Shown piece after piece: positions 1-8,824 of a DNA stretch of 23,939 nucleotides (position 1 is the first letter of the stretch; each line of letters opens with the position of its first letter). This stretch comes from Kofleriaceae bacterium. GTDB taxonomy: Bacteria > Myxococcota_A > Polyangia > Haliangiales > Haliangiaceae. The notes below the pieces were generated by a model, which was not told the DNA's origin, made no database searches, and saw nothing but the letters and a program-made list of their open reading frames with translations. The position numbers and the translations under genes are program-made. Location: the NCBI GenBank assembly GCA_046597055.1, contig JBKJLC010000213.1, positions 1 through 23,939 on the forward strand, written 5' to 3'.

Positions 1-2
1 AC

Positions 3-809
3 CGCGAGTCCTACGACGCCCACGAGGTCCTCGCCCGCCTGTGCGACCAGAGCCTGTTCTGGGAGGTCATGCCCGAGGTCGGCGAGGAGATGATCGTCGG
101 GGTCGGGCGGCTCGGCGGCCTCTACGCCGGCTTCGTCATCAACCGGCAGGGGCTGGTCGCCGACCCGGCGCACGGCGGGCGGCGCCCGGCCGGCATCCTC
201 TACCGCCAGGGCATCGCCAAGGTCAGCGCCTTCTCGCGCGCGTGCAACGACGACGGCATCCCGCTGTTCTGGCTGCACGACATCTCGGGCTTCGACATCG
301 GCGCCGAGGCCGAGCGGCACGGGCTGCTCGCCTACGGCTCGAGCCTCATCTACACCAACTCGACCAACACGGTGCCGATGTTCTCGGTGCTGCTGCGCAA
401 GGCCTCGGGCGCCGGCTACTACGCGATGGCCGGCATGCCCTACGACCCGATCGTCCAGCTGTCGACCACGCTGGCGCGGCTCAGCGTGATGGAGGGTCGG
501 ACCCTGGCGATCGCGACCTACAACACGCGGCTCGATGACGACTTCCAGATCACCGCGACCGATCCGGCCGAGCGGGCCAAGATCGAGGCCGGCATGAAGG
601 AGGTCGAGGCTCGGATCGAGGCCGACATGGATCCGTTCGTCGCCGCTCGCCAGATGGACACCGACGAGATCGTCGAGCTGGCCGCGCTGCGCGGCTGGCT
701 GTGCGACCTGACCGAGATGACCTACCAGGGCACCGGCCATCGCCGGGTCAAGAACCCGCGGATCTGGTCGATGCACGACCTGCGCGAGCTGGTGGGAGGC
801 CCACGATGA
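3..809 (+). CDS. Acyl-CoA carboxylase carboxyltransferase subunit, C-terminal part (5'-truncated by window edge)
   Basis: Frame is open from base 3 ([27 protein letters not shown]...). Carboxyl_trans motifs [15 protein letters not shown] and [16 protein letters not shown] overlaps the next ATG (ATGA 806-809). Confidence 0.9.
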   Translation, partial: RESYDAHEVLARLCDQSLFWEVMPEVGEEMIVGVGRLGGLYAGFVINRQGLVADPAHGGRRPAGILYRQGIAKVSAFSRACNDDGIPLFWLHDISGFDIGAEAERHGLLAYGSSLIYTNSTNTVPMFSVLLRKASGAGYYAMAGMPYDPIVQLSTTLARLSVMEGRTLAIATYNTRLDDDFQITATDPAERAKIEAGMKEVEARIEADMDPFVAARQMDTDEIVELAALRGWLCDLTEMTYQGTGHRRVKNPRIWSMHDLRELVGGPR

Positions 810-1411
810 CGGCGCCGGGCGGACGCCAGCACGTCCCGACCCTGACCGCGCCGGCGATCGGCGGCGACGACGCCCGCGTGCTCGTGCGCGCGCCCAGCGT
901 CGGCCAGTGGCGGCCGGTGATCACCGTCGGCCAGGCGGTCCGCGCCGGCGACGTGATCGGAGAGCTCGCGGTGCTCGGGGTGGTCCACCGGGTGGTCGCC
1001 GGCACCGGCGCCCGCGGCGCCGCGATCGCCATCACCGGGGGCGGCCGCGCCCACACCGCGGTCGAGCACGGCGCGGTGCTCTACACGCTGGATCCGACCG
1101 CGGGGATCGCCGCCGGCGCCGACGCCGGGGCCACCGCCGCCGCCAGCGACACCGGGCTGGTGCTGTGCGCGCCGTCGAGCGGTCGCTTCTACGGCCGACC
1201 GGCGCCGGGCAAGCCCGCCTTTGTCACCGTCGGCGACCTCGTCAAGGTGGGCCAGACCGTGTGTATGCTCGAGGTGATGAAGACGTTCCACCGAGTGACC
1301 TACGGTGGCCGCGGGCTGCCCGAGCAGGCCCGGGTCGCCGCGATCGCGGTCGCCGACGAGTCCGACGTCGAGCCCGGCGCGGTGCTGCTGCGACTGGAGG
1401 CCGTGCCATGA
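806..1411 (+). CDS. Biotin carboxyl carrier protein with two biotinyl/lipoyl-like domains
   Basis: GGAGG at 795-799 and ATGA coupling. C-terminal domain [34 protein letters not shown] contains the biotinylation MK. The N-terminal APSVG...[12 protein letters not shown] domain lacks the Lys. Confidence 0.85.
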   Translation: MTAPGGRQHVPTLTAPAIGGDDARVLVRAPSVGQWRPVITVGQAVRAGDVIGELAVLGVVHRVVAGTGARGAAIAITGGGRAHTAVEHGAVLYTLDPTAGIAAGADAGATAAASDTGLVLCAPSSGRFYGRPAPGKPAFVTVGDLVKVGQTVCMLEVMKTFHRVTYGGRGLPEQARVAAIAVADESDVEPGAVLLRLEAVP

Positions 1412-2775
1412 GCGGAACGATCGACCTGCGGTTCGACCTGCTGGTCCGCGGCGGCACGCTGATGACGCCGGGCGGCCGGCTGGTCGCCGACCTCGGCGCG
1501 CGGGCCGGGCGCATCGCGGCGATCGGCGATCTCGGCGCGGCCACCGCCGCCCAGGTCATCGACGCCACCGGCCTGCACGTCCTGCCGGGGGTGATCGACG
1601 CCCAGTGCCACTTCCGCGAGCCCGGTCAACCGCACAAGGAGGACCTCGCGAGCGGCACCACCGCGGCGGTGCTCGGCGGCGTCACCAGCGTGCTGGAGAT
1701 GCCCAACACCGACCCGCCGACCACCAGCGCGGCGGCGCTCGCCGACAAGGTCGCGCGCCTGCGCGGTCGGGCCCGATGCGACGTCGGCTTCTTCGTCGGT
1801 GCCACCGCCGAAAACGCGCGCGAGCTCGGCCAGCTCGAGCAGCTGCCTGGCTGCTGCGGCATCAAGGTCTTCATGGGCAGCTCGACCGGCACCCTGCTGG
1901 TCGCCGACGACGAGACCCTGGCCCAGGTGTTCGCCAGCGGGCGGCGCCGGGTCGCGCTCCACGCCGAGGACGAGGATCGCCTGCGCGAGCGCAAGCCGAT
2001 CGCCGAGGCCGCCGGCCACGTGCGAGCGCATCCCGAGTGGCGCGACGCCGAGACCGCGCTGCGCGCGACCTGGCGCGCGCTGGCGCTGGCCCGCCGCTAC
2101 GGCCGGCGCGTGCACATCCTGCACGTCTCGAGCGCCGACGAGCTGCCGATCCTGGGTGAGTGCAAGGACCTCGCGACCTTCGAGATCCTCCCGCAGTACC
2201 TGACCCTGGCCGCGCCCGACTGCTACGAACAGCTCGGTACCCGAGCCCAGATGAACCCGCCGATCCGCGACGCGCGCCACCAGGCCGCGCTGTGGGAGGC
2301 GGTGACCTCGGGCCTGTGCGACATGCTGGCGACCGATCACGCACCCCACACGCTCGACGAGAAGGCCAAGCCGTACCCGGCCAGCCCGTCAGGCATGCCG
2401 GGCGTGCAGACCCTGCTACCGATCATGCTCGACCACGTCGCGGCCGGCCGACTCACCCTCGAGCGCCTGGTCGAGCTGGTGTGCACCGGCCCGGCGCGGG
2501 TCTGGGGCATCGCCGGCAAGGGCCGCCTGGCGGTCGGCCTCGACTGCGATCTGGCCCTGGTCGATCTGTCCGCGCGCCGGACACTCCGCGACGCCGACAT
2601 GGCCTCGCGTTGCGGCTGGACCCCGTTCGACGGCCGCGAGGTCACCGGCTTCCCGGTCGCGACCATCCTGCGCGGCCACGTCGTCATGCGCGACGGCCAG
2701 GTGATCGGCCCCGCCCGCGGCCACGCCCTGTCGTTCGACGAGACGGTCGCGCCGCAGGCCGCCGTCGACGGTTGA
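1408..2775 (+). CDS. pyrC: Dihydroorotase (amidohydrolase superfamily)
   Basis: PGVIDAQCHFREPG, EMPNT, IKVFMG, LHAED, ILHVS, MNPP, TDHAPH, SGMPG motifs. ATGA overlap with the upstream gene and a GGAGG SD. Confidence 0.88.
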   Translation: MSGTIDLRFDLLVRGGTLMTPGGRLVADLGARAGRIAAIGDLGAATAAQVIDATGLHVLPGVIDAQCHFREPGQPHKEDLASGTTAAVLGGVTSVLEMPNTDPPTTSAAALADKVARLRGRARCDVGFFVGATAENARELGQLEQLPGCCGIKVFMGSSTGTLLVADDETLAQVFASGRRRVALHAEDEDRLRERKPIAEAAGHVRAHPEWRDAETALRATWRALALARRYGRRVHILHVSSADELPILGECKDLATFEILPQYLTLAAPDCYEQLGTRAQMNPPIRDARHQAALWEAVTSGLCDMLATDHAPHTLDEKAKPYPASPSGMPGVQTLLPIMLDHVAAGRLTLERLVELVCTGPARVWGIAGKGRLAVGLDCDLALVDLSARRTLRDADMASRCGWTPFDGREVTGFPVATILRGHVVMRDGQVIGPARGHALSFDETVAPQAAVDG

Positions 2776-2778
2776 CGG

Positions 2779-5553
2779 TCAGTCCTCGGAGCAGAGGCCG
2801 CCGGAGCCCGGCGCCACCAGGAAGACCACCGTGACCACGGCGTCGCCGCGGCCGTACTCGCCAGCGAGCGGGCCGCCCGGGATGTCGTTGCGCCCGACGA
2901 CCAGCCGCGCGGCGTTGCCACCGGCGCTGGCAAGCCCGCAGATGTAGTCGCCGGCGAACTTGAGGCTGGACGCGTCGTTGCTCGGGTTGCCGTCGTCGTC
3001 GCTGCGGAGGACGCGGGCGAGCAGCGCGCCGACGTTGCGGCTCGGCATCGGCATCGCGGCCAGCTCGCGGCGCAAGCCCTGCTGGCGCAGCCACGCCGCC
3101 TGCCGTCCCGCGTGCGACGCACACCCGAGAGGACCGCACGGCCAGGGATCAAGGATCGGCGGGTGCGCGCCCCATGGCTCGCCGCCGGTCGGCGCGTGGC
3201 TACGCGGCTCCCAGTTCCAGTTGAACAGGCCGGTGCTGCCGAAGCTGTGATTGACCGCTTCACAGGCCTGGGTCCCGCACGCCTCGGCGATGCCACCGGC
3301 GACGATCAGCACGCCCTCGCTCGGCGGCAGTGCCAGGCCTCGGCGCATCGGGTCGCCGACGCTGCCGGCGCCGAGCTGCGAGCTGAGGTAGGGCTGGCGG
3401 AAGGTCACCGAGTCGAACAGCCGGTGGACCGTGACGCGGATCCGACCCGCCTCGTGGGCGATGCTCTGGAGCACCGCCAGGCAGCCGCCGTACTCGGGCG
3501 GACACCGCTCCGACAGCTCCGCCACCCGCTTCGCGACCTTCTCCTCGACCTTGGCGTCCTTGACGACGGCAACGACGATGCCGATGAGGTCGAGCAGGCC
3601 GAGGCTGGCGACCTGACATCCGTTGGGCCAATCGATGAAGATGCCGGCGCCGTTGGTCCACTGGGTGACGACGTTCTCGCCATCGGGGACCACCTTGAAG
3701 GTCCCCCACACGTTCGCGGTGGGGTTGCAGAAGTTGTCGTCGAGATTCCCCGGGATCAGGTCGGCCTTGGTCTTCGCCTGGAAGGCGACGCCGTCGCTCG
3801 TCAACTCCAGGCTGAAGTGGGCGTAGTCGAAGTCGTAGAAGTTGACGCCGTTACGGTCCCAGTAGTTGCCGTCGCCGAACTTGGCGTGCATCGCCTGCAG
3901 GACCTCGTTCAGGATCTCGTCGCGGCCGATGTCGATCTTGCCGCTGTGAGTCGGGTTGGCCTCGAGCACCTCGACCAGGGTGAAGCCGACCGAGGTCGAG
4001 TTGCCGGCCGGGCTGGTGAGCTGGACCGCGACCGGGTAGGTCGCCCCGGTGCCTCCGTTCTGGAAGCCGATGTGCAACTTGATCTCGCGCACGCCGTCGG
4101 TGCGGTCGGTGGTCGACACGATCTCGTACTGCAGGCCGTCACTCGGCTCGATCGGGTCGTCGGGCTCGATCGGGCCCCACTTGAAATTGACCTGCGAGAC
4201 CTGTGCGCAGGCGGTGGTCTCGACGGTGAGCTCGAGGTCGTTGCCGTCCGTGTAGTAGATGTCCCCGCGTGCGTCGTCCTTGCGGACCTGGCCCGCGCCC
4301 GGGGTCAGCACCGAGGTCAGGGTCGCGGTCGGCGTGGTCGGGCACCGGCCCTGGTCACCGACCTGACCGTGGTTGTCGCGGCCGAAGCACACGATCGAAC
4401 CGCCGGGGCGGCGGACGCAGGTGTGCTCACCGCCGGCCGCGAGCTCGGTCGCCGCCACCGCCGGGTTGGACTTCTTGGCGAGCAGCTCGAGCTGACCGGT
4501 GGTGTCCATGGCGAGCTGCCCGAAGTCGTTGTTGCCCGTGCACCAGACCTCGCCCAGCGAGCGCAGGCAGGTGTGGTACTGGCCGGCGGTGATCGACGTG
4601 ACGTTGACGATCGGGAAGGTGAGCGTCGACGTGAGCCGGCGCTGGACCTCGACCGGCGTGGAGCGGCCCTGCTGGGTGCCGTCGCCGAGCTGGCCCATCA
4701 GGTTGAAGCCCCAGCAGCTGGCGCGGCCGACGCCGGTCGCGGCGCACGCGTGGTTGTCGCCCACCGCGAGGTCGAACGCGCCGGTGAGGGTCGCGACCGC
4801 GACCGGCGTCGTACGCTGGGTGGTGGTGCCGTCGCCGAGCTGGCCAAAGTTGTTGCGGCCCCAGCAGCGCACGCCGCCGGCAGTCATGCGCGCGCAGGTG
4901 AACGAGGTCCCCGCCTCGACCTCGGCGATGCCGCCCATCGGCAGCAGCCCCGACCGGCTGATGGTGCCGACCACCCTCGGCGTGCTCGCCGCGGTCAGGC
5001 TGGCGTTGCCGAGCTGACCGAAGGCGTTCGAGCCCCAGCAGCGCGCCTGACCGCTCTCGAGGGTCGCGCAGGTGTGCGAGCCGCCGGCCGACAGGCTGGT
5101 GATGCCGGTGAGGCTCGACACCGCGGTCGGGGTGTGGCTGTCGACGGTCCAGAAGCCGCCCAGCTGGCCGCTGTTGCCGCGCCCCCAGCACACCGCGGTG
5201 CCCCCGGCGCGGACCGCGCACGAGTGGTAGTTGCCGGCGGTCACCGCGACCGCGTCCGCGATCCCGACGACCGTGACCGGCGTCGGCGAGCTGGTGGTGG
5301 TGCCGTTGCCGAGCTGACCGTAGTTGTTGCGACCCCAGCACGACACCGTGGCGTCGGCCTCGACGACGCAGCTGTGGGTGGTGCCGGTGGCGATCGTCGG
5401 GTTGCGCTCGTTGATCAGCGCCTGCGCCGTGGTGGCGAGCGAGGGCTCGTCGTCGCCGTCGGGGCTCAGACACCCCGCCCCGGCGACGAGCGCCAGGGCG
5501 AGGGGTACGAACGACAGGAGCGGTCGCGGGCGGGATCGAGCGGGAGGCGTCAT
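2779..5553 (-). CDS. Lipoprotein with 7 RCC1-like repeats plus ~500 aa of C-terminal domains
   Basis: Signal LLSFVPLALALVAGAG-C. Seven repeats of type AG..HTC.....G.V.CWG.N..GQLG (~4352-5394). Start at ATG 5553, just downstream of a sigma54-like promoter. Confidence 0.85.
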   Translation of the reverse strand: MTPPARSRPRPLLSFVPLALALVAGAGCLSPDGDDEPSLATTAQALINERNPTIATGTTHSCVVEADATVSCWGRNNYGQLGNGTTTSSPTPVTVVGIADAVAVTAGNYHSCAVRAGGTAVCWGRGNSGQLGGFWTVDSHTPTAVSSLTGITSLSAGGSHTCATLESGQARCWGSNAFGQLGNASLTAASTPRVVGTISRSGLLPMGGIAEVEAGTSFTCARMTAGGVRCWGRNNFGQLGDGTTTQRTTPVAVATLTGAFDLAVGDNHACAATGVGRASCWGFNLMGQLGDGTQQGRSTPVEVQRRLTSTLTFPIVNVTSITAGQYHTCLRSLGEVWCTGNNDFGQLAMDTTGQLELLAKKSNPAVAATELAAGGEHTCVRRPGGSIVCFGRDNHGQVGDQGRCPTTPTATLTSVLTPGAGQVRKDDARGDIYYTDGNDLELTVETTACAQVSQVNFKWGPIEPDDPIEPSDGLQYEIVSTTDRTDGVREIKLHIGFQNGGTGATYPVAVQLTSPAGNSTSVGFTLVEVLEANPTHSGKIDIGRDEILNEVLQAMHAKFGDGNYWDRNGVNFYDFDYAHFSLELTSDGVAFQAKTKADLIPGNLDDNFCNPTANVWGTFKVVPDGENVVTQWTNGAGIFIDWPNGCQVASLGLLDLIGIVVAVVKDAKVEEKVAKRVAELSERCPPEYGGCLAVLQSIAHEAGRIRVTVHRLFDSVTFRQPYLSSQLGAGSVGDPMRRGLALPPSEGVLIVAGGIAEACGTQACEAVNHSFGSTGLFNWNWEPRSHAPTGGEPWGAHPPILDPWPCGPLGCASHAGRQAAWLRQQGLRRELAAMPMPSRNVGALLARVLRSDDDGNPSNDASSLKFAGDYICGLASAGGNAARLVVGRNDIPGGPLAGEYGRGDAVVTVVFLVAPGSGGLCSED

Positions 5554-5566
5554 GCCCGGCGCTGAT

Positions 5567-5582
5567 TGCACCTGCCGTGCCG
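5567..5582 (-). promoter_or_regulatory. Putative sigma54 (-24/-12) promoter of the RCC1 lipoprotein gene
   Basis: Minus strand reads CGGCACG-GCAG-GTGCA with exact GG-N10-GC spacing; the -12 C is 15 nt before the ATG. Confidence 0.6.
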
Positions 5583-5778
5583 ATCTCGGCCCCACCGATG
5601 TGCGTGCAAACGCAGCGGGCGGCGACGGTGCCGACCGATTGCCTGATCAATCCGCCTGTACAGTCTGTCGGTGGAACGTGACCGTGGGAACCGCGCAACG
5701 CCCGCGCGATGGCGCTGTCACCTCCTCGACGCCCGGTCGCGATGGGCGTGAGCGAGGCGCATCGGCCGCGCGGCGCGC

Positions 5779-6570
5779 TCAGCCGGGACAGGCGCCAAGG
5801 GCGGCGAGCAGCTTCTGGTGCGAGCGCTCGGTGGTGCCGGTGCAGCGGCACGCGCGCGCCGTGTTCTCGCCACACATCGCCTCGGTGTCGAGGAAGCGGC
5901 GCTCCTCGAACCGCCCCGTGAGCCAGCTCATGATGTTGCGGGCATCGAGCACGTTGTCGAGGCCCAGGTCGTTGCCGACGCTGCGCGAGACCGAATCACA
6001 CAGCTCGGCGATGCTCGCGCCGTACGCCGTCGCGTTGTAGAAGACCATCCCGCGCCGGATCGGGCTGCAGTCGCTCGACGCCGGTGCGACGCCGGGGAGA
6101 CCGGGCCCGCCACCGAGCCCGAGCGGCTCGATCGTGGTCGTGAGGACCACCTCGATGTGCTCGGCGGCGCCGGGATCGGCATCGACCACCTGGACGTCGT
6201 AGGCCGCGAAGTTGCGCGCCACGCAGGTGCGCAGGGTGGTCAACGTCGCGGCATCCGCGGGCCACGCCGGCAACACCGCGTCGCCGTTGCGCGCGAGCGT
6301 GCTGGTATTGGTCGAGGAGTCGTCGGTGCCGCCGGACGCGACCGGGCGATAGGTGCCGCCCCCGGGGTTGAGGTAGATGCGGCGGGTGCCGCTGGCGCAG
6401 AAGGCCCCGGGCATGGCGTCGGTCGTGGGCGGGGCGTCGACCGCGGGCCCCGCGTCGGCGATCGGCGCGGCATCGATCCCGACCGATAGCCGCTCGTCTT
6501 CACCACCGCACCCACCGGCGAGCGCGGTCGCAAGAAGCAGGGTCGTCACGACGCGAGACAACTTGGTCAT
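5779..6570 (-). CDS. Cys-rich lipoprotein with a degenerate metzincin-like domain
   Basis: Signal MTKLSRVVTTLLLATALAGG-C and a DA-rich linker. IYLN...DDSSTN...VQVVDADPG...GLDN...IMSW...CGE...C.C pattern resembles myxobacterial metzincin-like proteins, but the His ligands are absent. Confidence 0.75.
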   Translation of the reverse strand: MTKLSRVVTTLLLATALAGGCGGEDERLSVGIDAAPIADAGPAVDAPPTTDAMPGAFCASGTRRIYLNPGGGTYRPVASGGTDDSSTNTSTLARNGDAVLPAWPADAATLTTLRTCVARNFAAYDVQVVDADPGAAEHIEVVLTTTIEPLGLGGGPGLPGVAPASSDCSPIRRGMVFYNATAYGASIAELCDSVSRSVGNDLGLDNVLDARNIMSWLTGRFEERRFLDTEAMCGENTARACRCTGTTERSHQKLLAALGACPG

Positions 6571-6632
6571 CGGTCGACCGTACCGGCGTTGGCCCCGGCC
6601 CGGTCTGGCAAGAGCTGGCAGGACCGCCCAGC

Positions 6633-7691
6633 TCAGGGCGTGGCCGACGAGGCCTCGGGACCCGGTGCCGGCTCGATCAGCGGCTGGCCCAGGGTGTCGG
6701 CGAGGCCCCTCCGCAGCGCCTCGATCGCGCCGGCGCCGAGGCCGCGCGCGATGAACACCAGCCGGGTCCGCCGATCCTCGTCGGGCCACGCCGGCAGTAC
6801 CTGGGCCGGATACACCACGTGCTGGACCGCGTGCAGCACCATCGGCGTGTCGGTGCCCTCGACGTTGATGATGCCCTTCACGCGCAGGAGCGCGCCGCCG
6901 TGCATCTGCGTCATCAGCGAGAGCCACAGGCCGAGCGGACCGATCCGCACCGGCTGGCCGAGCACGACTGTGAACGTGCGCACGTCGCGGTGCGCACCGT
7001 GGTCGTGGCGGTCGTGCTCGTGGCCCCGCGGCACCGGCGGCGCGGCGATCGCGATCGCGACGTCACGGGCGAGCTCGGCCGGGGCCAGGAGGACCTCGGG
7101 CTCGACGTCGCCGCGGGTGCTACCCACGATCGGCGCGCTGCGATTGATCTGGCGCACCGCCCGCTCGAGCTCGACCCGCGCGCCGCACGTGACGAGATCG
7201 AGCTTGCTCAGCACGAGGCGATCGGCGAGCGCGACCTGGGCGACCGCCTCGCGGTGACGCGCGAGGGTGGCGACGCCGGCCACCGCGTCGACCACGGTCA
7301 CGACCGCCGACGGCCGGAACGCGCGGGCGACGTGCGGCTGCTGGACCAGGGTCGACAGCACGCCGGTCGGATCGGCGAGGCCGGTGGTCTCGACCAGCAC
7401 ACGCTCGAAGGCCGGGATCTCGGCGCGGGCGACCTGGCCGTAGAGCTCGCTCAGCGCGCGCACCAGGTCGCCGGAGACGGTGCAGCACACGCAGCCCGAG
7501 CTCAGCACGGTGGTGTCGCCGCGCACGTCCTTCACCAGGTGATGGTCGATCGGGATGGTGCCAAGCTCGTTGACCAGGACCGCGGTCCGCGCCAGCTCGG
7601 GCCGGCGCAGGAGCTGGTTCAGCACGGTGGTCTTGCCGGCGCCGAGGAAGCCGGTGAGCACGGTGACCGGGACCGCGCGGTCGTCAGGCAT
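6633..7691 (-). CDS. COG0523/CobW-family G3E GTPase (metal chaperone)
   Basis: Walker A GFLGAGKTT, GCVCC metal motif, ETTGLADP Walker B, SKLD, His-rich GHEHDRHDHGAH linker, and CobW_C motif LLRVKG. Confidence 0.92.
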   Translation of the reverse strand: MPDDRAVPVTVLTGFLGAGKTTVLNQLLRRPELARTAVLVNELGTIPIDHHLVKDVRGDTTVLSSGCVCCTVSGDLVRALSELYGQVARAEIPAFERVLVETTGLADPTGVLSTLVQQPHVARAFRPSAVVTVVDAVAGVATLARHREAVAQVALADRLVLSKLDLVTCGARVELERAVRQINRSAPIVGSTRGDVEPEVLLAPAELARDVAIAIAAPPVPRGHEHDRHDHGAHRDVRTFTVVLGQPVRIGPLGLWLSLMTQMHGGALLRVKGIINVEGTDTPMVLHAVQHVVYPAQVLPAWPDEDRRTRLVFIARGLGAGAIEALRRGLADTLGQPLIEPAPGPEASSATP

Positions 7692-7746
7692 GCTCTCGAC
7701 GTAGCACGCCTTGACGGACCCCGCTCCGGACGCCCAAGGTACCCCG

Positions 7747-8766
7747 ATGGACGTGGCCGATCTGGGCTGGGACGACGACTGGGCAGCGGCCCTCGCCGAG
7801 CACCCGGGGCTCACCGCGGCCCGGGTCTCGATCGAGCACCGCGGCGCGGTCGAGGTCATGGATGCCGACGGCAGCTTCTGGGCCGAGGTCACCGGCAAGA
7901 TGTTCTTCGCCGCCGGCGACAAGCGCGAGCTGCCCGCAGTCGGCGACTGGGTCGCGCTCGACGGCGCCGAGGCCGCGCGCGCCAGCGGCGCCCGGGCCCG
8001 GCTGCTCGCCATCCTGCCGCGCCGGTCGTGCCTGATCCGGCGGGCCGCCGGCGAGAAGGAGGTGCCGCAGACGATCGCGGCCAACGTCGACGTCGCGTTC
8101 ATCGTCACCTCGGCCAACCAGGATCTCAACCTGCGCCGGCTCGAGCGCTACCTGATCGCGGTCCGCGATGGCGGGGCGACCCCGGTGGTCGCGATCAACA
8201 AGGCCGATCTGATCGCCGATCCGGGCCCGGTCCGCGCCGCGGTGATCGCGGTCGCCGGGGGCGCCGAGGTGATCGCGCTGTCGGCCCGGCGCGGCGACGG
8301 CGTCGAGACGCTCGCCGCGTTTCTCGGCCGCGGTCGCACCGCGGTCGTGATCGGCAGCTCGGGCGTCGGCAAGTCGACGATCGTCAACGCGCTGGCCGGC
8401 ACCTCGACCCAGGTCACCCAGTCGGTGCGCGGCGACGACGACAAGGGCCGCCACACCACCACCCGGCGCGAGCTGTTCGTGCTGCCGCTCGGCGGCGTGC
8501 TGATCGACACCCCCGGCATGCGCGAGCTGCAGCTGTGGTCGCCCGACGACGAGCCCGACTTCGACGACGTCACCACGATCGCGGCCGGCTGCCGCTTCGC
8601 CGACTGTCGCCACCGCAAGGAGCCCGGCTGTGCGGTGGTCGCCGCGGTCGCGGCCGGCACGCTGGTGGCCGACCGGCTCGCCAGCTACCGCAAGCTCGCC
8701 GACGAGCTCGCCGCCCGCGAGCAGCGTGAGCGCGAGGGCACCCGCGTGCCGCGCCGTCGGCGCTGA
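7747..8766 (+). CDS. rsgA: Ribosome small subunit-dependent GTPase A
   Basis: OB-fold PAVGDWV, circularly permuted G4 INKAD, G1 GSSGVGKS, HTTT, G3 DTPG, and Zn finger CRFADCRHRKEPGC. Confidence 0.95.
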   Translation: MDVADLGWDDDWAAALAEHPGLTAARVSIEHRGAVEVMDADGSFWAEVTGKMFFAAGDKRELPAVGDWVALDGAEAARASGARARLLAILPRRSCLIRRAAGEKEVPQTIAANVDVAFIVTSANQDLNLRRLERYLIAVRDGGATPVVAINKADLIADPGPVRAAVIAVAGGAEVIALSARRGDGVETLAAFLGRGRTAVVIGSSGVGKSTIVNALAGTSTQVTQSVRGDDDKGRHTTTRRELFVLPLGGVLIDTPGMRELQLWSPDDEPDFDDVTTIAAGCRFADCRHRKEPGCAVVAAVAAGTLVADRLASYRKLADELAAREQREREGTRVPRRRR

Positions 8767-8824
8767 CCGCGCGGCGTCATCGCACCTGATCGGTCGGGGC
8801 TCGCCTCCGGGTGCGCCGACGTGG

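Noticed and set aside
1594..1623. Dihydroorotase has QCH instead of HxH, suggesting an inactive enzyme
   Set aside because: DxQxHFREPG is a recurring variant in one bacterial dihydroorotase subgroup, and the other catalytic residues are intact.
4352..5394. Regularly spaced similar DNA segments (GCCGAGCTG.CC...CCCCAGCA) resembling an array
   Set aside because: These are RCC1 protein repeats within a CDS, not CRISPR or non-coding repeats.
3112..5565. 817-aa plus-strand ORF, and similar long ORFs such as 8630-11248, 6819-8729, 13335-14927, 16433-18283, 20639-22798 and 22497-23861
   Set aside because: Antisense or off-frame shadows of real genes in high-GC DNA; Arg/Gly/Ala-rich with no motifs.
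7692..7746. Zur box for the COG0523 gene
   Set aside because: No AT-rich palindrome in the 55-bp intergenic region.
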